A stretch of 62,458 nucleotides of DNA, filler included, from Globobulimina sp. (GCA_003354225.1; 33 parts of 33 records of this genome joined end to end with filler, not necessarily neighbours in it); one strand, 5' to 3'. Positions 13,281 to 24,653 are shown, numbered from the whole stretch's first letter. Numbers and translations are program-made. The notes: generated by a model from the sequence alone, not told the origin.

Positions 13281-13366
13281 GTTGTCTACTGACGAGGTCC
13301 CCCGGACCAGTGCTCTCTATGGGGTCTAGACAACTACTGGACCGAAACCCGATTCCGATAGGAGTA
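13281..13366 (+). ncRNA. Hammerhead ribozyme with non-circularly permuted strand order; predicted cleavage after C13326
   Basis: Core CUGACGA 13289-95, GAAA 13344-47, GUC 13324-26. Stem I 13281-88/13327-34 (8 bp), stem II 13296-300/13339-43 (5 bp), stem III 13347-50/13322-25, extended by 13311-20/13358-66. Confidence 0.75.
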
Positions 13367-13505
13367 GAATTGCCTTATGTATCTATACTGGGACAGATTT
13401 CCTTTACTGTTTATAATACAGCCTTTTTATTTGTTTTTCATTTAATATAATTTTATTACACACAACACTGCGAGATGGGGCAATGAAAGTGTGCAAGATT
13501 ACTCA

Positions 13506-13935
13506 TTACTGTAGGAGATTTAAAGACCGAAGCTTTTCATGCATAGCATTGGTATTAAACAGTTCCAGCTACTCCATGTTATATTAATGTTATATTCATG
13601 GTAATAGTAATGGTAACGATAATGGTAATGGTATTACTTCTGTTACTGATGCTGCTAATATGAATGTGAGTGGATTTGCAGCAGGAATTTTTACTGCATT
13701 TGGCTATGGTAATGGTGATGCTAATGGTATTAGTTTTGGTTAAGGTAATGGTAACAGTAATGGTAACAGTAATGCTAATGGTACTACTACTGTTACTTAT
13801 GATTTAAAGACCGAAGCTTTTCATGCATAGCTTCGGTTGGGTGGGTGATTACTGTAGCAGATTCCAATAGACTAAAAGCCTTTTATGCGTAGTTTGGGTT
13901 GGATGATTACTGTAGGAGATTTCAAGGCCGAAGCC
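13506..13935. repeat. Degenerate ~55-60 bp repeat (ATTACTGTAGGAGATTTAAAGACCGAAGCTTTTCATGCATAGC-like, about 4 copies) interrupted by (GGTAAT)n-like microsatellite
   Basis: Near-identical segments at ~13506, ~13801, ~13848 and ~13905; a second duplicated block at ~13949-14035 versus ~14670-14762. Confidence 0.75.
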
Positions 13936-15173
13936 GTCCAGTCACTCTATACAAAACCAGTTTTTTGTTTTCCACCAAAAATAATTGCTGCATATAGTTT
14001 ATGCAATACCCCCAGTAGTCAAAATCCAAAAATAGTGCATTCTCAGCTAAACCATCAACAGCACATATGTATGTACTAGGAAAAAGAGTTCAAAGAGTAC
14101 AGAGTCATAATATAGTTGTCTGCTTACATGTTAAGAAAGATTTTAATCAAAAATCGCAAATCGATACCCATTTCATTTTGTAACTTTTGTGGTATGAAAA
14201 TGGCAAAATCGGGTATTGTTTTTATCTCATCGGGTATGGGTGGGTAAAAATGCTGGATTTCAGCTATCCTGAATTCATTACACCCGAAGCGCAGTAGTAA
14301 ATGGTCGGTTTATTTGAGTGTAATTTCTAAAGCTTTTCAGAAAATAGTACCTATGTATTTACATTGCAGCCTTTGTTTGTTGTATCCGGCTAGATCAACG
14401 AAAATTAAGAATATACTCCCATGCATATTGTACACCAAAACTGATACAGCTTCTTACCTAATCTTTATTCTTTGTTGAGGAGAGTCGAGATTGTCAGGAT
14501 TTCACTTCGTCAGTGTCTTGACTTGGTCGTTAGTTGATGTGGATAGTTTCTCGGCCGGCTGGCTGTATATTTGGAGAGCACACAACGGAAAACAGGCAGA
14601 GTAGCTAAAATTTCGAATGAAATAAACTGACTGTCCACGGGGTTTTATGTTGGCAATCTGGGTCACCACCATACAAAACCAGTTTTTAATTTTCCATATA
14701 AATATAATGCTGCATAGGTACCTATAGTTTATACAATAGCCCCAGTCAAAATCCAAAAATAAAGCACACTATTCGACCATCAATAGTACACACACGCTTT
14801 AAATTATATTATATTATTATTATTTATTAAAAATTCTTCCAGAAAAGTTACAGGAAGAGGTTTGAATTTGCCGCCAATTTCCTGGATCGATCCGGAGGAA
14901 AATGTTTGAATTTCCCACCAGGCCCAATCCCAAATCTACGTTTCTATGTTATCGCCCAAAATGGAATGTGCGTTCCAAGAGATTCGCGAATATTCGAATC
15001 TCCCACCTGGCCCAAATCTGAGATCTATGTTTCCACATTACTGTCCAATATGGGAAGCGCCTCTCAAGCGACTNNNNNNNNNNNNNNNNNNNNNNNNNNN
15101 NNNNNNNNNNNNNNNNNTTAATTAATTAANNNNNNNNNNNNNNNNNNNNNNNNNNNNNNNNNNNNNNNNNNNN

Positions 15174-16969
15174 ATTTCAAGTAAATACTATATCCGCTGA
15201 CTGCGAGCCGTATAAAGTTGGATTAAAGCAAGGTATATTTGCCTTATTTTTGCTATCCTCGCACATAAATATGTGTATTATGTGTATATATAAAGGCGAT
15301 ATATTGATAGCATTGAACGAAGAGGAGATTGTCTCCGTGAATACATTAGAAAAGATCGAGAACAGTGAGGATGGAGTGGTGTCGATGACGATTTGCCGCA
15401 GGATTTACGAGCATATCATGATAATTGTGAATCAATGTGGGAATGGAAAATGTAATGGGAAATATTATTTTCGTCACTTGGATGAATTTAATTCGCCGGT
15501 CTTTATGCAAGATATTGAACAAAATATAGACTATAAAGAGAATGACAAATATCCAATGATAATACGCAAAGCACATTATGTGACTGAGACTGGTGAGTCT
15601 TTGTGGACCATCAGCAACAAAACAGAAGATTTCTATGTTGGACTCAGTGTTGATATCATGCCACCAAATACAAATTGGGAATGCATCTCCAACACAACCA
15701 ATATATCCCCGCCTACCTTAATTTTTTACAATGGAAATCAGAAAATAAAGTTGAAAACAAATGTATGTCATATACTGCAACTTTTTTTCAGTCTGAAACG
15801 ACATCATTTTCACACAAAAGCACTTAAATAATATGAAAAACAAACAAAAGGATGAAAAGCCAGCCTCTTTCAGCACCAACAAAGCCGAGTTACTATCATC
15901 GTTTGCACCGCCTTCAAAGTCATATGTCGCGCCGATGGATGGCACCGCGTCCACATTATATCGGCGACCGTCGTGGAAAAAGAACCAGACTCCGTGGGAC
16001 ATGGACGTCATTGCCAGCATCAAAGAAGAAGTGGAACAAGATCAAGAATGGAAATCTAAATACTTTTCCCTCTACGAAACTGTGCAAGACTTAAATTCGA
16101 GTTTTTATACTTATTGGTTGCTGTTTGCATGCAGCGAGACTGAGATTGAACGATTACGCGACTTATTATCGCAACATCAGAACCGATTTATGATTGTCAG
16201 GAAGGAATTGTTGGAACAGAAGCGCCGCGAAGAAGACTTATTGGATAAAATCAACGCGTTACAGAGTCACAGCAGACAGGTTTCGTCCATCAGCGCGCTG
16301 TTTGATGATGACTATAAATTAGATATTGAAGAATTGCAAGACATTCACGAGAATCAGACGCAGCAAAGCGAGCAAGATATAAATTGCAAATTGGATCGCA
16401 TTGCCTTAGAGACTGAGATTAATGAATTAAAAGTACAGTTAAACGCGAAAGATGTCAAAATCCGCGAGTTGGAAATCGATATTAGTTCGTGGCAGGAGAC
16501 GCATTCACAGATTTATGACTCGTTCACGTCCGCTACCAAGTTGTATAGAGAGCAGATTGAGAAATTTAATGAACAGGAAAAATATTATAAAGAGCAGAAT
16601 GAGCGGTTAGCAGAGGATTTGGACAAATTACAGAAACAACAGGTTTGTATCATTGATATTTTATACATACACCATAAGCAATTAATGTTTTTTTTGCAAA
16701 AGATGGCATCGAGGAACAGTTTTGAAGACATTGAGAAGAAACGATACCGAGATATCGAAGCTGAATTGGAATATAACTCAGAAAGTTCGAGCGAAATGTC
16801 CGAGAGTGATAGTGATGACTCGATTGGTGGCGGACAACACGTCCGTCGTAGCAGCAAACCATGGATGCAAATCAAGCAGAAAATTAATAAACGACGCAAA
16901 AAAGAGCAGAAAAACAAAGAAGCAGACATGCTTACTCCCATTACACCAACTCACAGCACACCAACTCAC
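15174..16969 (+). CDS. PDZ-domain plus coiled-coil protein, multi-exon (introns 15233-15295, 15763-15850, probably 16643-16701), partial at both ends
   Basis: Spliced KVGLKQGDILIALNEE..VVSMTICR matches the PDZ C-terminal half; long heptad-rich region follows. Confidence 0.65.
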
Positions 16970-17069
16970 NNNNNNNNNNNNNNNNNNNNNNNNNNNNNNN
17001 NNNNNNNNNNNNNTTAATTAATTAANNNNNNNNNNNNNNNNNNNNNNNNNNNNNNNNNNNNNNNNNNNN

Positions 17070-18863
17070 GTGTTGCTTGTCTTATGCTTTTGCACTGCAT
17101 TGTTGTTAATATGTGTACCCTCTCCAATTAATATTGAAGCTGGTTTCTTCTTTTTATTGATACTTTTTTTCTTTTTATTAACCATTTTCTTCTTTGCAAC
17201 GGGTTTTTCTTTGTTATCCTGCTTAATTTTGTGTATATAGATAAAATACAAATAATATGCTTTAATTTTGACTACATTTCCTTAGCTATATTCAAAGGAT
17301 ATGTTGCTAGGAAATGTAGCCAAAATCGAAGTGTGTATGTATTTTATTTATAAAATTTACGTGTTGTACATCTGGATTTTTTTTCGCGTTCGATTTTGAT
17401 ATTGCAGGCACTGCTAAATCTGAACTTGATTTCTTCTTCTTTTTATTCGCTTGCTTCTTTGCATCGTTTTTACCATTTTTATCCTGTCAAAGGCAATGAA
17501 GTTACTACTGATATTTGACATTATTGTTTTCTGCTTTTTAAGATTTATTCAAAATGTTGATTCCTAACATTCTATGTTTGAAACAACAACATATTATTAC
17601 CTGCGGAATTTCGAATAAATCTGAAAAAACTCAACTGCACAACAACGTAACTTTAATTTTGTTCAAATTCATTTTACTATTTCCTGCGTCTTTGGTGGCC
17701 ACTTTTAATTTGGATATCTCAGACACTGAGATTAAGCTCGGTATTTTACTCGCTTTGCTTCTCTTTTTCCTCTTATGTTTGCTCCCAATATCACTGGCCG
17801 TCCTCTTTGGATTATGATTAAATGTCACAGTCTTCGTTTTTGTCAGTAAGTACGTGACCGGCTTCATATCAATCATATCAATCATATCCTCACTCAACTT
17901 ATTAGTGTGCGGCATACGTATCGGCAGCGACAAGCTATCATTTTTATAAATACTCTCCACAGAAACAGGAGGAGGACTTATTGGCAACGCTGGATACGAA
18001 TCAATGCCAAAGACGCTGCCATGCGGCGTGACCGGCGTCCAATTATTGGTCGGTGACTCCTGCAGAAAATGGGACAAATTATGCATGTCATGGACCGCAA
18101 ATAGGTTGGTCGGTAAATGGGTGTGTTTATAAAAATGAGCGTCATCCAGTTTCCCGTTGATATTATAATTTATATTTTTCCTGTAATATGAACGTCGGCC
18201 AAATCTATCAATGTGCACATCACATAAAACAGACAATATTCCAAAGCGCAAATGTTGGATTATTTGCTGCGGCGACGGACAGCCGAACATTAAATATATT
18301 TCTTCTTCGCGGATACCAATGCTTAACGAGGCCGATACTAACAAATTGCGCACCATTTCTGCGATTTTATTGACAGACTCAGCGTCCCGCCAATTCATAG
18401 CATTGCGTATGGTGTCTATAGAAATGTCATTGTCTTCGTTCATATTGACGTTTTTGATTTTTTTATAATCCGTTTCAATGTAACAATATGGAGCGGAGAA
18501 TATGAGCGATTGTAAGTTGTTATGTGGGTAAAATAGTATGTTATCGGTATCTGCGATTTGCTTTAACTTTACTTGTGATTTGGTATCGTGTGCAATATGG
18601 GAGGAATTGTACGGTGTGAGGTCAAGTTTTTTGTTTGATTTTTTGTCGCTGCGAGGTAGATAGGCTGAGGCCATCGAGATAGAGGGCTCCCAATCTGAGG
18701 AGGCGGCGGAGTCATCGTCAGAGGCAAAGTCGTGATGTCTGTAAGTATTGACTGTATTGGAGGGTGCTGATGAAGTGGATGAGGTATCATTGTCTGTTTC
18801 TGTGTCTGTGTCGGTGTCTTCGTTTGTGGCATATTCTGTTGGTGTGGTTAATGTTGCAATGGA
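17070..18863 (-). CDS. Hypothetical protein; large exon 17631-18863 open to the contig end, with K-rich downstream exons
   Basis: The frame of ORF 17631-18674 continues without stops to the contig edge; no family recognised. Confidence 0.55.
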
Positions 18864-19025
18864 TGNNNNNNNNNNNNNNNNNNNNNNNNNNNNNNNNNNN
18901 NNNNNNNNNTTAATTAATTAANNNNNNNNNNNNNNNNNNNNNNNNNNNNNNNNNNNNNNNNNNNNACATATTTAAATGAAATATAATTAATTAAACGAAA
19001 CACATTACAATAAATAAATAATTCC

Positions 19026-20663
19026 TTACGAATTGCTACATCTCTTCTCAACATCCCGTGTTTTAAATATTATTTTATCAATTTGTATGGCGCCTTGTTT
19101 GCCAATGCCACCATCATTCACTCCAACCTTCTTCAACAAGACTTGTGCGGAGGCACTCATTTGCTCACAGAACCCCAACAAACCATTTTCATTTTTGCTT
19201 GCTTTCTCTTCCTTTGCTTCACATTCAAATTTCTCATAAAACCTTTGCTTCGCCGCATCAATCCGACTCAAAAAATACGTCCCTTCGTAAAAATTCTCCT
19301 TACAAACCGGAAAAAGCGGAACAAACTCTTCTTTGCATTCATAATTCGCATGCATTACCTTCTCTTTTTCATTCATAATATCTGTAAATTTCACACACGA
19401 CATTTTCCTGCGCTGCGCAAACCTTTCTTCAATGTCATTGTTGCCAATAATTCTCCTCAATAAACGCGCTGAATTTGCAGAATTAACAACTTTCAACGAA
19501 TACAATGATGCCACCGTACCAGAACCATATGAAAACATTGTAATATCTTTACCCAACAAGCCATCCACATCCATTCTACACTCATAAATCAATGAGATTA
19601 ACCCCAAAAATATGCTCGCGGTGTAACAGTTGCCTACACTCTTTGGAATAACTGTAGATTTCGCCACAGATTCCTCATAATATTGTTTCGCAATCTTCTC
19701 AAATCTTTTTATCACCAATCTACAGTCCACAGTATCTGCACAAGCCACTTTCTCGTATTTTGTTAAAAACGCCAACATCTCTGCATTGTTTTTATATTTT
19801 TCAAAATAAAAGGCAGCATTCCTTAAGAAATCGTGATAGATGACCCTCCCAATTGTCTTTGTCACCAATTTGTTATACGGCGCATGACAAAGCCAATAAT
19901 TTGCAGTGTTACACGGTGTCCAGTCAGCGCCCATTTGCTGTGCATAGCGGTTATAACACGCATCGAATGCAGTTAAATAACACTTGTTTGAAACATGACC
20001 ATTCACCACAGGATAGGCAGAATTTAAATGTGGTTTATAAAAATCATATTCATCCGCTTTGTAACTGCTGCGCAATAAATTTAAATCAATACAGGCATTG
20101 TGACCGAGTAAGATTGCCACTGCGCCACAACCACCAGTACAGCGAGCGGGGCCTGGCGCATATTCCGCGATGTCCGCACTGATCACAATGCAATATTTAC
20201 CGTCCCAATATTTTGAATTGATGCGATCGAAGGCGGTGAACAAAGCAAATGTGCCGCCATAGCACGCATGCTTGACATCGATGCCTTCGATGGAAGAGTT
20301 GCCTTTGTCGGCAAATAGTTGTTGTAAGCTGGAAGAGATTGATTTGCTGTGATCGATAATGGTCTCCGTGGCGACGCAGATCCAACCAATGTCTGAATAG
20401 CAAATGTTGTTTTTGCGTAATAAGTTTGATAATACGGTCAAACAAATGGAGACAATGTCTTCTCGGTCGGAGGTGAATGCCATGTCGGTTTGGCCCAATC
20501 CAATCGTGTATTTGCCCTCCGATATGTTGTTGAATTGTTCATATTCGGACTGCGCAATGTATAGTTTAGGGAAATAACATTCCATTGCTACGATACCAAC
20601 GTTAACGGTTTCTTCTTCATTGCTTTCGGACGATGCTTTCGATGAAGGGTCTTTTTCTTCCAT
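19026..20663 (-). CDS. HMGCS: Hydroxymethylglutaryl-CoA synthase (eukaryotic type), complete and intronless
   Basis: GKYTIGLGQ, ATETIIDHSKS (catalytic Glu), GIDVKHACYGGT (Cys), CHAPYNKLV (His), GNCYTAS, FSYGSG. Confidence 0.97.
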   Translation of the reverse strand: MEEKDPSSKASSESNEEETVNVGIVAMECYFPKLYIAQSEYEQFNNISEGKYTIGLGQTDMAFTSDREDIVSICLTVLSNLLRKNNICYSDIGWICVATETIIDHSKSISSSLQQLFADKGNSSIEGIDVKHACYGGTFALFTAFDRINSKYWDGKYCIVISADIAEYAPGPARCTGGCGAVAILLGHNACIDLNLLRSSYKADEYDFYKPHLNSAYPVVNGHVSNKCYLTAFDACYNRYAQQMGADWTPCNTANYWLCHAPYNKLVTKTIGRVIYHDFLRNAAFYFEKYKNNAEMLAFLTKYEKVACADTVDCRLVIKRFEKIAKQYYEESVAKSTVIPKSVGNCYTASIFLGLISLIYECRMDVDGLLGKDITMFSYGSGTVASLYSLKVVNSANSARLLRRIIGNNDIEERFAQRRKMSCVKFTDIMNEKEKVMHANYECKEEFVPLFPVCKENFYEGTYFLSRIDAAKQRFYEKFECEAKEEKASKNENGLLGFCEQMSASAQVLLKKVGVNDGGIGKQGAIQIDKIIFKTRDVEKRCSNS

Positions 20664-20862
20664 GTTCTGTTTTTGTTTTTGTTTTTAATGTTCAAAATAG
20701 TAAATGTGTGGTAACAGAATGTTCAACATACTTTGTTTATGTTCGGAATGAATTTTGCTTGNNNNNNNNNNNNNNNNNNNNNNNNNNNNNNNNNNNNNNN
20801 NNNNNTTAATTAATTAANNNNNNNNNNNNNNNNNNNNNNNNNNNNNNNNNNNNNNNNNNNNG

Positions 20863-21024
20863 TGCGCCATTATTGCAAAATCAATTGGTCCATCTGGTAA
20901 AAATATGGATTATTTGTATAATTTGAATCGCTATTTTGTTGATAATAATATTGATGAAGCCTATATTAGGTTATTGACGCATAAAGTGAAGGACATAAAC
21001 TCAAAATTAATCTCAAAACTTTGA
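20863..21024 (+). CDS. chaC: C-terminus of ChaC-family glutathione gamma-glutamylcyclotransferase ending in SKL (absent from the ORF track)
   Basis: Manual translation CAIIAKSIGPSGKNMDYLYNL..NIDEAYIRLL..VKD..SKL*, matching the ChaC motif I..a.GPSG.N.eYL..L. Confidence 0.75.
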   Translation, partial: CAIIAKSIGPSGKNMDYLYNLNRYFVDNNIDEAYIRLLTHKVKDINSKLISKL

Positions 21025-21077
21025 GTTTGAGATTGATATCCTCGCACTATAGTTTATTTAATGCACTTCAAAGTCAA

Positions 21078-21848
21078 ATGTGCAGTCAATTAATTAAATG
21101 GTTAACAAGATCGTATACAAATGCATCAAATAACTATTTTAAGCTGTTAATTGTCGGCCCACCAGGAATTGGAAAAGGAACATTTGCAAAACATATTGCT
21201 ACTCATTTTAATGCAACATGTATAGATACAGGCAATATTGTACGTGATATTTATAATAATAAAGATGATAAATTTGAGAAAGAGACAATCGATAAAATTG
21301 GAGAATGTATGAAAACATATAATTCATATATTTCGGATGATATTATTGTACCAATTATGTTATCACATATAGAATTATATAAAAATAAATCATCAATCAT
21401 TTTAGATGGATTTCCAAGAACATTATCACAAATACAATTGTTTGATATTAATCAATATTTTGATATTATTGTTTATTTAAATGGAGATTATAATTTATGT
21501 CATTTGAAAGCATTAAATAGGATATCATGTCATGAATGTGGCCAAATATATTGTAATTTGACATTGGAACAATGCAAAGAAATGAATTTGCCAAATATGA
21601 GACCAAAACAAAATGGTATTTGTGATGTTTGTAATGGGAAATTAATTGAAAGGGAAAGTGATAAAAACGAAATTACACAAAAGAGAATGGATATTTATTG
21701 CAGAGAAACACTTCCAATGATTCAATATTTAATTTCAAATGAAAATAAAACTAATGCATCAATATCATACAATATGATACAACATTATGTTAAAAATGGT
21801 ATTGATGATACAGCTCAAATAATTCAAAGAATTGAAAGTGCGTTTTGA
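21078..21848 (+). CDS. adk: Adenylate kinase with zinc-binding LID and a likely mitochondrial presequence
   Basis: GPPGIGKGT P-loop, ILDGFPRT, LID CHECG..CDVCNGKLIERESD. Confidence 0.93.
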   Translation: MCSQLIKWLTRSYTNASNNYFKLLIVGPPGIGKGTFAKHIATHFNATCIDTGNIVRDIYNNKDDKFEKETIDKIGECMKTYNSYISDDIIVPIMLSHIELYKNKSSIILDGFPRTLSQIQLFDINQYFDIIVYLNGDYNLCHLKALNRISCHECGQIYCNLTLEQCKEMNLPNMRPKQNGICDVCNGKLIERESDKNEITQKRMDIYCRETLPMIQYLISNENKTNASISYNMIQHYVKNGIDDTAQIIQRIESAF

Positions 21849-21867
21849 CTGCCTAAAGTTTCCACAA

Positions 21868-22657
21868 ATGTTAAAACGAAGTGTCGTAGAACACTACAAC
21901 CGTTACGGATATGCCCTTTTACCCTACAAATTACATCCAACAGTTTTAAATGAATTGAATTATGCATTAAATGAGCTTCAATCTGTTGCTGAATGTGACA
22001 AAAATATACGATATACCGAACAATATGATTTAGATTTAAATGGTAATCTATGTAAAATTAAACGGCCACATGAACATCATAATGCATTCAAATCTATATT
22101 ATACAATCCATTTATTACATCAATCGTAAATAATTTATTAAATGACAGATTAACATCACCGCAAGAAAGAACAATTGAAAATAATAATTGTGGTATAAGA
22201 TATCAAGGGTGCAAATTAAATATAAAACCTGCATTTAATGGGGAAAGTACAATATTGCATCAAGATTTTGCATACTATCCACATTCGAATGATTATTTAT
22301 GCACAATATCAATTCCTTTGGTTGATTTATCGTTAAATAATGGTACATTAATATTTATTCCTAAATCGCATTTACATTCTGATATTTATTCACATCATTT
22401 AAACAATGAGTTTGTTGGCGGTATTCATGAGTTACCAAATGATAAAAATATAAACGATTTTGAGATTGATTGTATTCAATGTGCAGCTGGTGATATTATT
22501 GTGCATCATACACAAATAATACATGGTTCCACCGTAAATAAGTCAGATACGCAACGACCATTATTATTAATGCAATACGCAGCCAATGACGCATGGCCAT
22601 TGGCACAAAATACAAAAGGCTCTTTTGGTTATAAATTGCCAAGCAATCATAAATTGG
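21868..22657 (+). CDS. Phytanoyl-CoA dioxygenase (PhyH)-family Fe(II)/2OG dioxygenase, 3' partial
   Basis: YNRYGY, KLNIKP, LHQDFAYYP (HxD), NGTLIFIPKSH, AGDIIVHHTQIIHGS..NKS..RP. Confidence 0.92.
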
Positions 22658-22757
22658 NNNNNNNNNNNNNNNNNNNNNNNNNNNNNNNNNNNNNNNNNNN
22701 NTTAATTAATTAANNNNNNNNNNNNNNNNNNNNNNNNNNNNNNNNNNNNNNNNNNNN

Positions 22758-23186
22758 CGTTGAATTGTGTGTAGCTCTGAATATAGAAATGTGTATTAAA
22801 TTATACAATAGAGCATAAACTAACGATTAGTTGCTTTTTGAACAGTGTTGACATCATCAGATGTATCATTATATCGTTGATATAATTTATCCATAATTTG
22901 TTTTTCATCATCACCTAAAAAATGTATCTCTGTGCTTGGTTGTTGTTGTGTGATGGGTACAATTGAAGACATTTGAAGTCCATGCATCTGCTAATTTTAA
23001 TATATGCAAATATGGGATATTATCCCCTAATTTAAGCACAAATTTGTCAAATTGTTGTTTGGATTTTATGAATTTAAAATCTTGTGGAGATTCTATCCCT
23101 TGCAAACGTAATTGTTTTTCGTATTTTGATAGTTTCCATTTATGTAACCACTCAATCAAATCATCAATAACACCTTCATTTGCCAT
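22758..23186 (-). CDS. SAM-domain protein N-terminus (frame-disrupted or spliced, partial)
   Basis: LIEWLHKWKLSKYEKQLRLQGIESPQDFKFI..LHILKL resembles a SAM domain. Confidence 0.55.
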
Positions 23187-23386
23187 TTGACTTTTTGCTT
23201 CCAACAAAAATTACAAAATCTTCTTCCAATTCTTCAAAACTTTAAGAAATCAATATTTGATAGCAAGCAATATCAAACCGTTGACGATAAACATTTGTTT
23301 GAATGATATTATACATTGTACGAACGCAAAATATATGTATGTTATTGTGATTTTTTAATTACGGATAGTTTATCACAGAACTTACA

Positions 23387-24553
23387 TTACTGTACGAACT
23401 TTTTGAATATTATTTTTTTGTGGATGGTGGCCATTCCGTTGCTTGAGCATATTTGAGCATGATTGGTATCTCTCAATAATTTCCTGCCAACTTCTGAAAT
23501 TAATAAATTGAAATCTTTTGGTTTTTGCAAATGAAAGCACCCATTTCTAGATCTCACACTCCTTCCAAATACATCACAAATACATAGTGAAAACTCGCCC
23601 TTATCAGCCACTGTGCGATTTTCAGTGGTTCCATATATAGTGACACTGTTGAGATTTGGATCACTTCTACTCACAGCATCTGGTATTCCGCAGCTACCTC
23701 TTACTGGAATACCACTGTCATTCTCCTTCTCCTCATAATTATCATTGCCAATACAACAGCAAAAACAACAAAAACAACACCGATGTTGACCATAAACTGT
23801 TCTATTTGGATCAGAATAATTTTGTTCTCCTCTGCATGCGTCATAAAATATGATTTTCACTAAACCTTTATTCGAATGAGTTGCAGCCTCTGCTAACTTT
23901 CTTTTGATGAGATGAGTTCCAATGCTTTTACAATCAGATGTGATGAATGCTTCTTTGTCTGAGGATCCATGCGATAAAATATGTACAAGCACTGCTTTAT
24001 AAGAACTATCATTTCTTAGTGTTACTGTTGTGTGATAATTCACAAAGGCAATAATATCGTACCTCATACCACTGTGACATACATATACGTCGTAATTAAA
24101 CGAGTCAGTCCACAGAGCTATCAAACTATCAACATTCAACTCAACACCTGGTAAATTATCAATTATTTGGCTATTAAATTCTGATATACCAATGATTAAA
24201 ACAAGTGCTTTATCTACTTCATAAACTGGTCTTTTTTGATCTTTATTTAAACAAAATCGAGAGAGGCAATACACCCCAAAACAAACAATTATAGAAAGTA
24301 CACTAATTATAATCCATAGCAACGTCAGTAATGGTGTTGGACTTTTACTCGGAGATGGAGTTGCTATATATATCAGGTAAATAATAGTAGGCTCAATTGT
24401 CGGCTGAATGGTTGGATTAATGGTTGGCTCTATGGTTGGGTTAATAGTTGTAATTGTCGGCATGGTCGGTTCGATTGTTGGGTCTGATGTGGAGTATCTA
24501 TGTGGACGATAGTAACATCGTTGATTTTGGGTCTTCTATGGGTTCAGGCCAGG
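23387..24553 (-). CDS. Single-pass membrane protein with cytoplasmic caspase-like (peptidase C14) domain; 5' partial
   Basis: PTIxPT stalk, TM LLWIIISVLSIIVCFGVYCL, then KALVLIIGISEF, VHILSHG (His ~23970) and KIIFYDACRG (Cys ~23835). Confidence 0.85.
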
Positions 24554-24653
24554 NNNNNNNNNNNNNNNNNNNNNNNNNNNNNNNNNNNNNNNNNNNNTTA
24601 ATTAATTAANNNNNNNNNNNNNNNNNNNNNNNNNNNNNNNNNNNNNNNNNNNN

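Noticed and set aside
13598-13800. Gly/Asn-rich coding sequence
   Set aside because: No start codon context and an internal stop; better explained as a degenerate (GGTAAT)n microsatellite.
13506-13935. CRISPR-like array
   Set aside because: Units are degenerate tandem copies without unique constant-length spacers, and no cas genes are present.
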